Origin: Octopus bimaculoides
Taxonomy: Eukaryota
Assembly (NCBI RefSeq): GCF_001194135.2
Contig: NC_069004.1
Coordinates: 13,019,278-13,083,277 of the forward strand
Direction of reading: 5' to 3'
Length of the DNA: 64,000 bases
Numbering within the stretch: the stretch's first letter is position 1; every line of letters starts with the position of its first letter. The notes below the pieces were generated by a model. It had not been told where the DNA came from, made no database searches, and saw only the letters and a list, made by a program, of their open reading frames with translations. Below are positions 52,049 to 64,000 of this stretch, piece by piece. The position numbers and the translations under genes were made by a program.

Positions 52049-52347
52049 GGTAGGACAGTAGTTGTAGTGAATGGTAGGACAGTGGTTGTAGTGAATGGTA
52101 GGACAGTGGTTGTAGTGAATGGTAGGACAGTGGTTGTAGTGAATGGTAGGACAGTGGTTGTAGTGAATGGTAGGACAGTGGTTGTAGTGAATGNNNNNNN
52201 NNNAATGGTAGGACAGTGGTTGTAGTGAATGGTAGGACAGTGGTTGTAGTGAATGGTAGGACAGTGGTTGTAGTGAATGGTAGGACAGTGGTTGTAGTGA
52301 ATGGTAGGACAGTGGTTGTAGTGAATGGTAGGACAATGGTTATAGTT
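52049..52347. repeat. 24-bp minisatellite (GGTAGGACAGTGGTTGTAGTGAAT)n
   Basis: At least 11 head-to-tail units with no spacers; internal gap at 52194-52203. Confidence 0.95.
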
Positions 52348-52407
52348 TGTGGTAGGTAAGTGGAGGTTTTTCCTATATGACCAATAGCTTTATTTTAGCA
52401 CAAAGGA

Positions 52408-52472
<65 letters not shown>

Positions 52473-52898
52473 TGTGTGCGTGTGAGAATGTGCGTAATAT
52501 TGATGATGACAATGCTGGTTGTAAAAATGACACCCAAACCTATTTTCACCTCTTCCTGTTTAACTGGTTGACAAGATCATCCAAGTAGGTCATCATTGTT
52601 ACCCATCCCACCACCACCACCACTATCGCGACCACTTTTTTTGGACTGTGGTCATGCTGGGATACCATCTTGAAGGGTTTTTAGTCAAACAAACTGACCC
52701 CTTGAACTTATTCTACTGGTTTCTTTTGCTGAATGGATATGTTATAAGGACGCAAACAAACCAACACCAATTGTCAAGCAATGGCAGGGGACATACACAA
52801 ACACACTCAAAGACATACATGCATATATATATATATATATATTACGAAGACGTACTTGCATAGCAAGTGACCTGATCTGAGATTGTAAGCGGGAACGA

Positions 52899-53160
52899 AA
52901 ACAATTGCAGCATGGAAGGTGTTTATAAGCCATTTAAGAAACACACAAAAACTGTTAAATTCACTTCAACATTTAAATTTAATTTGCCAAAATATTTTCG
53001 TCGCTTTGAGACCGCAACCTGTTCTTTTGTCAGTGAACAGGTCAGGGTCTCAAAGCAACGAAAATAGTTTGGCAAATTAAATTTAAATGTTGAAGTGAAT
53101 CTAACAGTTTTTGTATGTTTCTTAAATGGTTTATAAACACCTCCCATGCTGCAACTGTTT
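52899..53160. repeat. Inverted repeat, 115-bp arms, 32-bp spacer
   Basis: 52899-53013 vs 53046-53160, 7 mismatches; the right arm runs into an N-gap. Confidence 0.9.
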
Positions 53161-53172
53161 ANNNNNNNNNNG

Positions 53173-53490
53173 ATTCCCAGACCGGGTGTTGTGAGTGTTT
53201 ATTGAGTGAAAACACCTAGAGCTCCACAAGGCTCCCGCTGGGGATGGTGGTGACCCCTGCTGTACTCTTTCACCACAACTTTCTCTCACTCTTACTTCCT
53301 GTTTCTGTCGTGCCTGTAATTCAAAGGGTCAGCCTTGTCACACTGTGTCACGCTGAATATCCCCGAGAACTACGTTAAGGGTACATGTGTCTGTGGAGTG
53401 CTCAGCCAGTTGAACGTTAATTTCACAAGCAGGCTGTTCCGTTGATCAGATCAACTGGAACCCTCAACGTCGTAAGCGACGGAGTGCCAA
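53173..53490 (+). mobile_element. tRNA-derived SINE (same family as 14471), head lost in gap
   Basis: Colinear with 14530-14840. Confidence 0.8.
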
Positions 53491-54094
53491 CAATATATAT
53501 ACAACCGGCTTCTATTAGTTTCCATTTACTAAATCCACTGACAAGGCTTTGGTTGGCTTGAGATTATAGTTGAAGACACTTGCTCAAGATACCACGCAGT
53601 GAAACTGAACCTGAAACCATGTGGTTAGGAAGCAAACTTCTTACCACACATATACATTTTTCTAAACTAACATAAGTTGGAAAGGTCTTATCTTCTTATC
53701 CCTTTTTGTCATGGCTCTTTGTCAGTCGGGGACATACAACAAGAAACAAAACCTGCCAATCTTTGTTATTGTATATATCATGTTGTTTAATAAGACTGGA
53801 TGCTTTTCCTACAGCCAACCACTTTACAGCATAGACTAGGTGTAGCTTATTGCATTTCCAGCAGAAGGGTTGACTGTGTCGAGAGTAAAGGGTCCTTCTT
53901 TAATCTGTGCCTAGTTGTGTCGTGAGCGAGATAGTGTGTACGTGAGAAAGAGAGAGAAAGACGGCTAAAAGTAGAATGATTATGATGATGGTTGTTCAGT
54001 CTCATGTTGGCTTTGATCCATCAGAATTATGATCAAAGGCATTTCACCCATGACCATCTTATCTTAATTTCCAAAATCATCATCATCATCATCT

Positions 54095-54350
54095 TCGTCA
54101 TCATTTAGTGTCTGTTTCCCATGATGGCATGAGTTAGACAGTTTGGCTGGAAATGGTAAGCCAGAGAGCTGCACTAGACTCCAATCTGTTTTGACTTGGT
54201 TTCTACGGCTGGATACCTTTCCTAATGCCAACCATTCCAAAGAGTATACTTAGTGTCTTTTACATCTCACCAGCACAAGTGTCTTGTATGTGTCACCGGT
54301 ACAGGTGCTCTTGATGTGTCACCAGCACAAGTACCTTTAGAGTGTCACCA
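54095..54350 (-). mobile_element. RTE-type 3' UTR fragment
   Basis: (CAT)n tail followed by the reverse complement of the family 3' UTR. Confidence 0.65.
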
Positions 54351-55736
54351 GCATGTTAAGACTACATAATCCTATTATTCTTCTCTTTTTGAAGACAACT
54401 GATTGTGATTTGGTTGTTACTTTTAGCAGATCGAGCAACCACATAGAAGCTCCTTCATTGGCTTGAGTATGATTAAATTAAGATGATGGTGGCTATGGTT
54501 GTCATTTAGTCCCATAACCCCTCCAATGAAAAAGGCATATGTACAAAGACGTTCCAACCATAACCATCCAATCTTATAAAGGTATATGTCTGGGACTATT
54601 TTGTATCCAAATGTATCTTTCATTTTTTTTCTCTTTTGAAAATAGTAGACTTTGATTTGAGGGAAATTTGGCTGTTATTTCTGACAGATCAAGCAACCTT
54701 ACACATGCTTCCTTACTGGTTCATTATAGACGTCAGTATCTATAATGTAAGACAATCTGGAATAGTTTTTAAAAAAACAAAAAAAAAATCCTTCTAGACT
54801 TGTCTCCCTTTATAGACCCTTTTTCTGTTTTTCCTTTTATTATCTCCAACTTGAGGAATTCTAATAAGGGATAATGTTACTTAATCCCCCGTCATGGCAT
54901 CTGATCTCCCATTCAGTTTACTATTACCAATGCTTTCCTTCCCAACTCTGAGTCTCAGATTGCAATATTAGATTCCTTATTAACAGGGAAAAGATCAAAT
55001 AAATCTCATTAATCACACTTTCTGTTTTGTTAACATAAACTAACTCAGGTAGCAGATTTATTTTATTTATAGTTTATGTTCTCATATTATTATTATCTTT
55101 GTTGTTATTATTATTAACCTATTAATTGCTTCAGTTATGTTTGCTTCATATTTCATTCACACAAACACCTGGCCCCATATACACACACATGCATACACAC
55201 TCATTCAATTACCTTTGCACTGCCAGGTAACAAACGACCTCTACATTGCCATGTTATGACAGAATGACCCCAAAATGACTCATTAGATTGGAAAATAAAA
55301 TATGAAGAAGCTACAATATCAGATTTGGAGTCAAAAAATACCTCCCTTCACTCCTTCCACCTATTTCAGACAAAATTATTTTGTCTCAGTAGACAGGAAA
55401 AATTAGCTTCTCAAACTATGGAGGTGAAATATGGATTTTGGGTGTTTTCACCAAATTACAAAAGCCACAAAATCTATAGGGAATAGTTTCGTGTGTGTGT
55501 GTGTGTGTGCATAGCCTAATACATAGTTGGTAGGCTTAACTTATCACTCTGGTTTACCACCACCACAACCAAAAATAACATCTGGTGTTAGGGGGTCTTT
55601 AACCCTTTAGTGTTTAAATCAGCCATATCTTGCTTTATGTTCAAACCAGCCAGATCTGGCCTCTCACACCTATCTTGCAATGTAATTTGAAAAAGTAACC
55701 AGCAGCAGTGTCGCCGCCACTGCTGCCACCACCGTC

Positions 55737-56180
55737 ACCACCATCACCATTTAGTGTCCATTTTCCATGCTGGTGTGAGTTGGGCGGTTTGACTGCAATT
55801 GGTAAGCCAGTGAGCTGCACCAGTCTCCAGTCTGTTTTTTGGCTGAGTTTCTACAGCTGGATGCCTTTCTTAATGCCAACCATTCCACAGAGTGCACTGG
55901 GTCTCTTTTACGTGTCACTGGAATGGGTGCTCCTTATGTTCCACTGGCACGTGTGCCTTTCACATGTCACCGGCACTGGCCATGACCATGATTTCACTTA
56001 GCTTGACATGTCTTCTCAAGCACTGCAATTTGTCAGAAGTTTCAGTCGCTTATCATCTCTGTGAGATTCAACAACCAAAGATCATATATCACCAGCTTGT
56101 CTAAGGTCTTCCTGGTTCTAATTCTTCCACAGGTTCCTTCCACAATTAGAGACTGGCACTTCTTCATGCAGCTGTCCATC
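55737..56180 (-). mobile_element. RTE LINE 3' terminus
   Basis: Reverse-oriented 3' UTR plus GGAACCTGTGGAAGAATTAGAACCAGGAAGACC. Confidence 0.7.
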
Positions 56181-56789
56181 ATTGAAATCTTGAAGCTATG
56201 AGATAATGCAAGATTAATTCAAAACAATGTGAATACACAAGTATTACATTTGAAAGCACGTGGATCAGTGGTAAGAGATTGTGAGTTCAATATCCTGGAC
56301 CGGGCTGTGTTGTGTTCTTGAGCAAGACACTTTATTTCATGTTACTCCAGTTCACTCAGCTGCAAAAGTGACTTTCGATGACACTGGTGCCAAGCTGCAT
56401 TGGCCTTTGCCTTTCCTCTAGGTAACATCAGTGGTGTGGAGAAGGGAGGCTGGTATGCATGGGCGACTGCTGGTCTTCCATAAACAACCTTGCCTGGACT
56501 TGTGCCTTGGAGGGTAACTTTCTAGGTGCAATCCCATGGTCATTCATGATTGAAGGGGGTCTTTACCCTTTTTACCTTTGACAAAATAATCTGAATGCTA
56601 AAGGGCTAATGGATAGGAGGTGAAAGGCCATATGGCCCAGTGGTTATGTTGTTGGACTCATGACTGTGAGGTCCTGGGCTCAATTCCCAGATCAAGTGAC
56701 ACATTGTGGCCTTGGGCACAATGAGTCACTTGCTCTAGTCTATTCAGCTGAAAATTAGTGTAGCAAAGTAGTTGAATGTGTGTGTATGT

Positions 56790-56915
56790 GCATGCACTTA
56801 AGCAGTGTGTTACATATCCAAGGGCCCCAATAATTACAGGCAATAAACCTGAACTTGTAATCTGGATAGAGCAACTGCAGATTTCTTAATAGTTCAGCAT
56901 AGGTATTTTCTTTTT
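56790..56915 (-). mobile_element. R4/Dong-like non-LTR retrotransposon C-terminal (restriction-like endonuclease) fragment
   Basis: EKENTYAELLRNLQLLYPDYKFRF, frameshifted to PVIIGALGYV, matches the EK..KY..L....P.(V/I)IGALG motif of R4-clade RLE domains. Confidence 0.65.
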
Positions 56916-58438
56916 CGCTGTTTGTTTGTTTGTATGTACGTACGTACATATGTATGTACATACATATGTACATTTGGGACTAAGTTGGTTGAGTCTAGCT
57001 GAAAACTGTCCTCTTTACTGTAAATCAGGAGTTTTCAACCACGGTCCATATAAGAATTTGTTGTTAAAATTTATGTGCAATAAAATGGTCATTCTTCTAC
57101 AATACAGGAAATATTTTACCAATTTCCTTCTATACAATTCCTAATAATATTTACTGGCAGAATCCTTAGCGCACCGGGTGAAACGCTTGTTATCATTTTG
57201 TCTGTCTTCACATTCTGAGTTCAAAATCTGCTGAGGTCAACTTAGCCTTTCATCCTTTCAGGATCAATAAAATAAGTACCAGTTGAGCATTGGGGTTGAT
57301 GGAATGAACTTATCTCCTTCTCCAAAATAGCTGGCCTTGTGCCAAAATTTGAAACCATTATTTAATTACTAAAATATAATCTGATATTTTAAGCATCAAC
57401 TGACTATGAGAATCCCCTGATTATAATAGGAATCAAAAGGGGTCCATGTGCAAAAAATTGAAGGGGTTCGCTGCTGTAAAAGTTGAAATGTTATAAACAC
57501 AGGAAGTGAAGAAGTAATTGAATGTCAGCCATCTTGACAAAGTTGTCAATGGGTCATCTCTTGTCCCATCACAACCATCCATACTTTATATTTGTGTATC
57601 CCTCTCACCTTCATGTTACTACTTGGATGGTTGAGCGTGTTGCTATCACTTGCCAAAATAGTGGTACCGCATTATTAAATGAAACATTTATCAAATATTC
57701 TATACGCATACTGTTTACACCACTGCAAACATTATTGGTACTTATTAATAATTAGGTGTATATTCTTTGCTAGAGATACAATCTAGAGACGAGAAAAGGG
57801 TTGGGATAAAATCCTTAGGCTGATAGCCTGGCACTGTACCAAGTTGTCCAGTTCCAGACTTAAATATGTTATATAAACTCTCTCTCTGTATACTTAACTG
57901 TTTCCTTTTTCTACCATGGCCAAGATTTTCATTGATGCTCTCTCTCTCTCTCTACTTATCCTTTTGCTTATGTTACTCTCTTTTTTTCCTTAATAAAATT
58001 AATTTTAGTATTTTTTCCTCATCATAATCTTCAATATTTTCCAAATGGACTACAGGGAATGGCATGAAGCCACAAACTATCAGCAGAAATATGGATGGAG
58101 NNNNNNNNNNNNNNNNNNNNNNNNNNNNNNNNNNNNNNNNNNNNNNNNNNNNNNNNNNNNNNNNNNNNNNNNNNNNNNNNNNNNNNNNNNNNNNNNNNNN
58201 NNNNNNNNNNNNNNNNNNNNNNNNNNNNNNNNNNNNNNNNNNNNNNNNNNNNNNNNNNNNNNNNNNNNNNNNNNNNNNNNNNNNNNNNNNNNNNNNNNNN
58301 NNNNNNNNNNNNNNNNNNNNNNNNNNNNNNNNNNNNNNNNNNNNNNNNNNNNNNNNNNNNNNNNNNNNNNNNNNNNNNNNNNNNNNNNNNNNNNNNNNNN
58401 NNNNNNNNNNNNNNNNNNNNNNNNNNNNNNNNNNNNNN

Positions 58439-58469
<31 letters not shown>

Positions 58470-59705
58470 AAGAACATCTATAAGAACTTACCTCCACTCT
58501 CGGGGAGTGGGAAGGCTGTGGTATATCTCTAAATTTCCAGATATTTATAAATCCAATCATCTACTACTGCATACCAATGTCATCCTCAAGCAGTTTTTGA
58601 TGGTCAATTTTATTAAGGTGGCGGTGGAAGTGGTGCTGTAGGGACAATGATGGGAGTAGTGGTAATCAAGGTGTAAAATATTGTACAGACCCATCATTAA
58701 TTACCTCACCATCTTTCTTCCCCCCCCTCTCTCTCTCTCTCTCTAACCTCCCAGGTAGAAAGAAGGAAAGATGAGTGGAGGAAGTGAGTCTTGCAATGTT
58801 ACAAAAATAAACATTGAAACTTGGTAATTATTTTTAATGAAAACACTACTACACAACGAACACATTTACAGCCAGAATAATGGTGCTACCAAAACCACAA
58901 CAAAAGACATTTGTGTATTGACTGTAATTTGATTGAAAAAACAGAGAAAACTAGTTCAAAAGGGCAACATTTTTTCCCAATAAAATTGAACATAAAAACA
59001 AACCAACAAAGAAGGCAGTTATTAAAATTGGTTCTTCTGCCTTATATTTTCTGCGAGCAGCATTTCACAAAATAGGGGAATGTTTTCATATGAATGAAGA
59101 TGGTTGTTGATTTTCTATATAGCTTCTGCTCTACTTCATGTCAGTTCTGCTTGAGCAGGAGTATGGCTGAAGAGATTTAACCAATCAAATGCAATATTTC
59201 AGGTAACTGATTAAATGAAGCATTTGATTGGTGTTTCTATTAGTAGCCATCTTTTAGTTTTTAACCCTTTAGTATTATTCATGTCACTCTGTCAAATGTA
59301 ATGCTTATTTATTAATACTGTTTTGAATTAATCTTTCACTATCTTGTAGCTGTGAGATTTTGATGATGTGATTAATAAAAACATTTTAGTTTAGTTATCA
59401 GCTCTAAATTTATCAGTAATAGTAATAAATCCACTTCACATAATCCCTTAGAAAAGGAAGTATATATTGAATAATGTAATCTTAGATGCACTCTCTGTTA
59501 GGAGGCACAAGCACTTACTTACACACACATGTACACACATGGCAGTAACTTCTGCCTACCAAATTCAATTACAAAGCTTCAGTCGGCCCAAGGCTATAGC
59601 AGAAGATATTTGCCCAAGGTACCACACGGTGGGACTGAACCCGAAACCATGTAGCTGGGAAGCAAGCTTCCTAACCACACAGCCATGCAGGGAGAGAGAG
59701 AGAGG

Positions 59706-59763
<58 letters not shown>

Positions 59764-60489
59764 AAGAAAATGACAGAAAATGTCTTGGTTGTAATGTCAC
59801 TGACCAGGGGCCTACTGACATTTTTATACTGCAAGGTTTATACTGCTGAGGTTGGCTTTGTCTTTCATCCTTCCAGGGTCAATAAAATAAAGTACCAGTT
59901 GAATACTGGGGGTGATGTAATCGACTTACACTCTCCCTTGAAATTGCTGGTCTTTCTTCTTTTATCCTTCTTTTACTTGTTTCAGTCATTAGACTGCGGC
60001 CATGCTGGGGCACCATCTTGAAGAACCTTAGTTAAACAAATTGACCCCAGTACTTATTTTTTTTAAGCCTGATATTATTCTATTGATCTCTTTTGCTGAA
60101 CTGCTACGGCATGTAGATATAAACACAAAACCACCAAATGTCAAATGATGGACACACACACACACTTATATATATATATTTTTATATATGACTGGCTTCT
60201 TTCAGTTTCTGTCTACCAAATCCACTCACAAGGTTTTGGTTGGCCAGAGGCTATAGTAGAAGACACTTGCTCAAGGTGCCACACAGTGGAACGGAACCCA
60301 GAGCCATGTGGTTAGGAAGCAAACTTCTTACCACACAGCCATACCATGGCCAGACATGTTCTCAGAGAATATTGGAAATGAATGACACCTCCTGTATAAC
60401 AGTGATACTCATTTCCAACTACCAAGTGGTGACAAGACAAGGAGACACAAACATACATTCAGAGACACACACACGACAAGCTTCATTGA

Positions 60490-60848
60490 GTTTCTTATTT
60501 GTTTATTGCCCACAAGGGGCTAAACATAGAGGGGACAAACAAGGACAGACAAAGGGATTAAGTCGATTACATCGACCTCAGTGCGTAACTGGTACTTAAT
60601 TTATCGACCCCGAAAGGATGAAAGGCAAAGTCGACCTCGGCGGAATTTGAACTCAGAACGTAATGGCAGACAAAATACCTATATGCATTTCGCCCGGCAT
60701 GCTAATGTTTCTTATTTCTTTATTGCCCACAAGGGGCTAAACATAGAGGGGACAAACAAGGACAGACAGTGTGTAACTGGTACTTAATTTATCGACCCCG
60801 AAAGGATGAAAGGTAAAGTCGACCTCGACGGAATTTGATCTCAGAACG
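60490..60848 (-). mobile_element. Young tandem pair of the Deu/Nin-like SINE
   Basis: TATTGCCCACAAGGGGCTAAACATAGAGGGGACAAACAAGGACAGACA occurs twice (~60503 and ~60721); CpGs are retained. Confidence 0.8.
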
Positions 60849-61979
60849 NNNNNNNNNNNNNNNNNNNNNNNNNNNNNNNNNNNNNNNNNNNNNNNNNNNN
60901 NNNNNNNNNNNNNNNNNNNNNNNNNNNNNNNNNNNNNNNNNNNNNNNNNNNNNNNNNNNNNNNNNNNNNNNNNNNNNNNNNNNNNNNNNNNNNNNNNNNN
61001 NNNNNNNNNNNNNNNNNNNNNNNNNNNNNNNNNNNNNNNNNNNNNNNNNNNNNNNNNNNNNNNNNNNNNNNNNNNNNNNNNNNAAATAAATAAAATCTTT
61101 GAAAATAAATAGCTTTAACTGTCTTCATTCAGTCAATATTTTTCCATAATCAATAACTATGACATTCAAAGTTTTAGAATCAAATCCAACCATAAAACCA
61201 ACTCCTCATATTGTCTGATATCACAATATCACCTCACACGAAACAAATTATGAAATGCGTTTTTCATGGTTTACTTGTTTTTTTAATCACTGCTAGTGAG
61301 TTGATTTAATTACTGCAGCCATATCAGATTAATGAAATTAGCCCAATTTAATTATGGCCTAAATGAAAATTAATGCAAATGAATCAAACCAAAAAACTGT
61401 AATAATAACAACAAAAATAAAAGAAAGCCAACAATAGGTGCAGGCATGGCTGTGTGGTAAGAAGCTTGTTTCCCAACCACATGGCTCTGGGTTCAGTCCC
61501 ACTGTGTGGCACCTTGGGTAAGAGTCTTCTACTATAGCCTTTGGTGCCTTGTAAGTGGATTTGTAGATGGAAACTGAGGGAAGCCTGTTGTATTTATATA
61601 AACAAGCCAGATGTGTGTTTTCTATGATGATTTGATAAGTGGTGCCGAGGTATATATATATATCATCATCATCATCATCGTTTAACGTCCGCCTTCCATA
61701 CTAGCATGGGTTGGACGATTTGACTGAGGACTGGTGAAACCGGATGCCTAACAATCGGTGTTGGTGTGTTTATGTACTTGCAACTTAGCGGTCCAGTAAA
61801 GAACAATAGAATAAGTACTAGGCTTTTAAAAAGACCAGCATTGGGGTTGATTCATTCGACTACAATGGTCTGGCTGCAGTTGAATGACTGAAGAAAAATA
61901 AAAGAATTTGAAGTTCTGCATTTGAGGGTTATTGTTGTTTAAACCCCAAGGCACATTACAGATGTAACTATACAATTGC

Positions 61980-62179
61980 AGCTGTGGCACATAAAAGCAC
62001 TCATTACACTCTCAGAGTGGTTGGCGTTAGGAAGGGCATCCAACTGTAGAAACCATGCCAAATCAGACTGGAGTCTGGTGCAGCCCCTCAGCTTGCCAGC
62101 CCTGGTCAAACTGCCTAACCCCTGCCAGTATGGATAATGAACATTAAATGATGACGACAATGATGATGATGATGATGAT
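61980..62179 (+). mobile_element. RTE-type 3' UTR fragment
   Basis: GAGTGGTTGGCGTTAGGAAGGGCATCCAACTGTAGAAACCATGCC...(GAT)n. Confidence 0.75.
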
Positions 62180-63929
62180 AGGCAAACGTGAGAGACATTG
62201 TCTGACATTTATTAACAACCTGAAGGAGGACAGGATTGGATTCTATCTATGAACTGAAAGTGGTGATGCTAGATCAAGATGCTTGGTGAAATGGCTTTGT
62301 CTTTGAAGACCGAATGGGATCCTGGCCAAAGTAAAGTAAAGTAGACAACTGTAAATTTTTATTTATTAATACATTAAAGTTATTAAAAGGTTCTTACATA
62401 AATCTATTTTGGACCTTTTTATTTTCTGTCTCAGAACTCTAATTCCTGGGAAGTATAAGTAAAATTAATGATATACAAATTTATTTTATTTAAATATCAC
62501 CATATGAAATGCTTTTCATTCATTTGTATATGTCTTTTTTCATACTAGCATGGATAAACAAGCATATTATTACTATAACTTGTTTCATAAATAAGGGATC
62601 TCTCATTGAATATGTCATTGAAGGTACAAAGCTAGCAGTTGATTTAATGATAGTGGGTATAATAACATCACTAATCTTAACTCAGTGGCTTTTGGTAAGT
62701 GTAAAGATGAACAAACATTGTTTGTTATGGCTGGTCAGAGAGAGATCATTGGCTTTGCACCTACAAAAAGCTTAGCTAACAGGTGACTTCAGATTCAGAT
62801 TGCTGGAGGCATATAATCTCTCTACAACTAAAGAGAGAAAAATTTCATGGTGAGTTAATTTTGTAAACAAAAACATACTGAAACAAAACTCTACTGGCAA
62901 AACTATGAGTGAGGCAAAGTTACCCCTTACATCACTTCTGATTATGTCAATGACAGGCCTGCAAAAGGTGTCTGAAAATGGCAGCATTTATCTAGTTGGC
63001 AAATGGGGAATTCCATGTGTCTAACACAAATTTCCTCTGATGAAAGCACTGAATAATTATTTCTTTTTTGGAATTTAAAAAGATCTCAGGGTCAAGTGAG
63101 TTTTTCAGGATTCTTGCTCTTTTAGTCAACTAAAGCTTACATTGTTTACTCCCATTGAGGTAAAGACCCAGTTATTCTAGGAACTACCATTTAATTTTGT
63201 ATGGCATACCTTTTAAATGCCATACGAAGCATGCTAGGGATGTGATGTTGTACCCCTCTCTCTATGTATATATGGGCAAGACATAGCTGTGTGGCTAAGA
63301 AGTTTGCTTCGCAATCACATGGTTTAGAGTTCAGTCTCAGTGTTGCACCTTGGGCAAGTGTCTTCCAGCCCCAGGCTGACAAAAGTCTTGTGACTGGATA
63401 TGGTAAATGGAAATTGTGTGGGTTCCTGTTTTATGTGTGTGTGTGTGTATGTTGGTGTTTGTTCTCACCACCACCACCACTGATAACCAGCGTTGTTTAG
63501 TTTAGTGGGTTCAGCAAAAGAAATTGATAAAACAAACAACAGACTTAAATAAGTACAGGGGGTTGATTTCTTGGATTAAACATTTCAAGGTGGTGCTCAA
63601 GCATAGCTGTAGTCCAAGGATTGAAACAAGTAAGAGATAAAAGATACATGTATATCCTTTATCTTCAAAATCTCATATAGATATAACGCACACACACATA
63701 TATATATATATATATACATACACACATATATATGTAGAGAGAAAGAGAGAGAGAGAGAGATCTAGCTATGACCTGAGGCTAACTATTGAACCACAGTGAC
63801 TGAGCTGACTGACTGGTTACTAAGATAGATTATTGCGATAAACACCTTATGGTCACATACCAATGTAGCTTAGTATATGTCGCATCACACCAATATGAAT
63901 GTTTATGGGTGTGCATGAAATCAATAACC

Positions 63930-63995
<66 letters not shown>

Positions 63996-64000
63996 TACTC

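Noticed and set aside
52049-52347. CRISPR-like regular 24-bp repeats
   Set aside because: No unique spacers, eukaryotic context and no cas genes; a simple minisatellite.
62783-62849. Possible plus-strand micro-exon (AACAG| ... ATG|GTGAGT) and overlapping ORF 62772-62987 (-)
   Set aside because: Weak acceptor, no recognisable protein and no partner exons; needs RNA-seq.

Overview
AT-rich, repeat-dense eukaryotic (animal) genomic DNA with several N-gaps. The SINE/LINE families and (TA/CA/TATACA)n load suggest a coleoid cephalopod (Octopus-like); that assignment is inference. Two host genes are supported, both on the minus strand: (1) the first coding exon of TDP2 (11792-11935), whose later exons were not found and probably lie left of the window; (2) a single 3.76-kb coding exon for a PRRT3/PRRT4-like protein with signal peptide, furin sites, a long S/T-rich ectodomain and 7 TM helices (30712-34473). 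The rest is decayed mobile DNA: mariner, Tc1, maT-like, hAT, piggyBac and Merlin DNA transposons; RTE, R4/Dong-like and Penelope-like retroelements; several SINE families; and satellites. Most notable: a 101/101-identical inverted copy of the PRRT-like coding sequence in its own upstream intron (candidate editing-complementary duplex); a 28S rRNA fragment captured in a mariner relic between 24-bp direct repeats; a co-oriented piggyBac in TDP2 intron 1; a Merlin element whose transposase is split by an internal inversion; hammerhead ribozyme relics; and several long hairpins. No database searches were run; family calls rest on remembered motifs.
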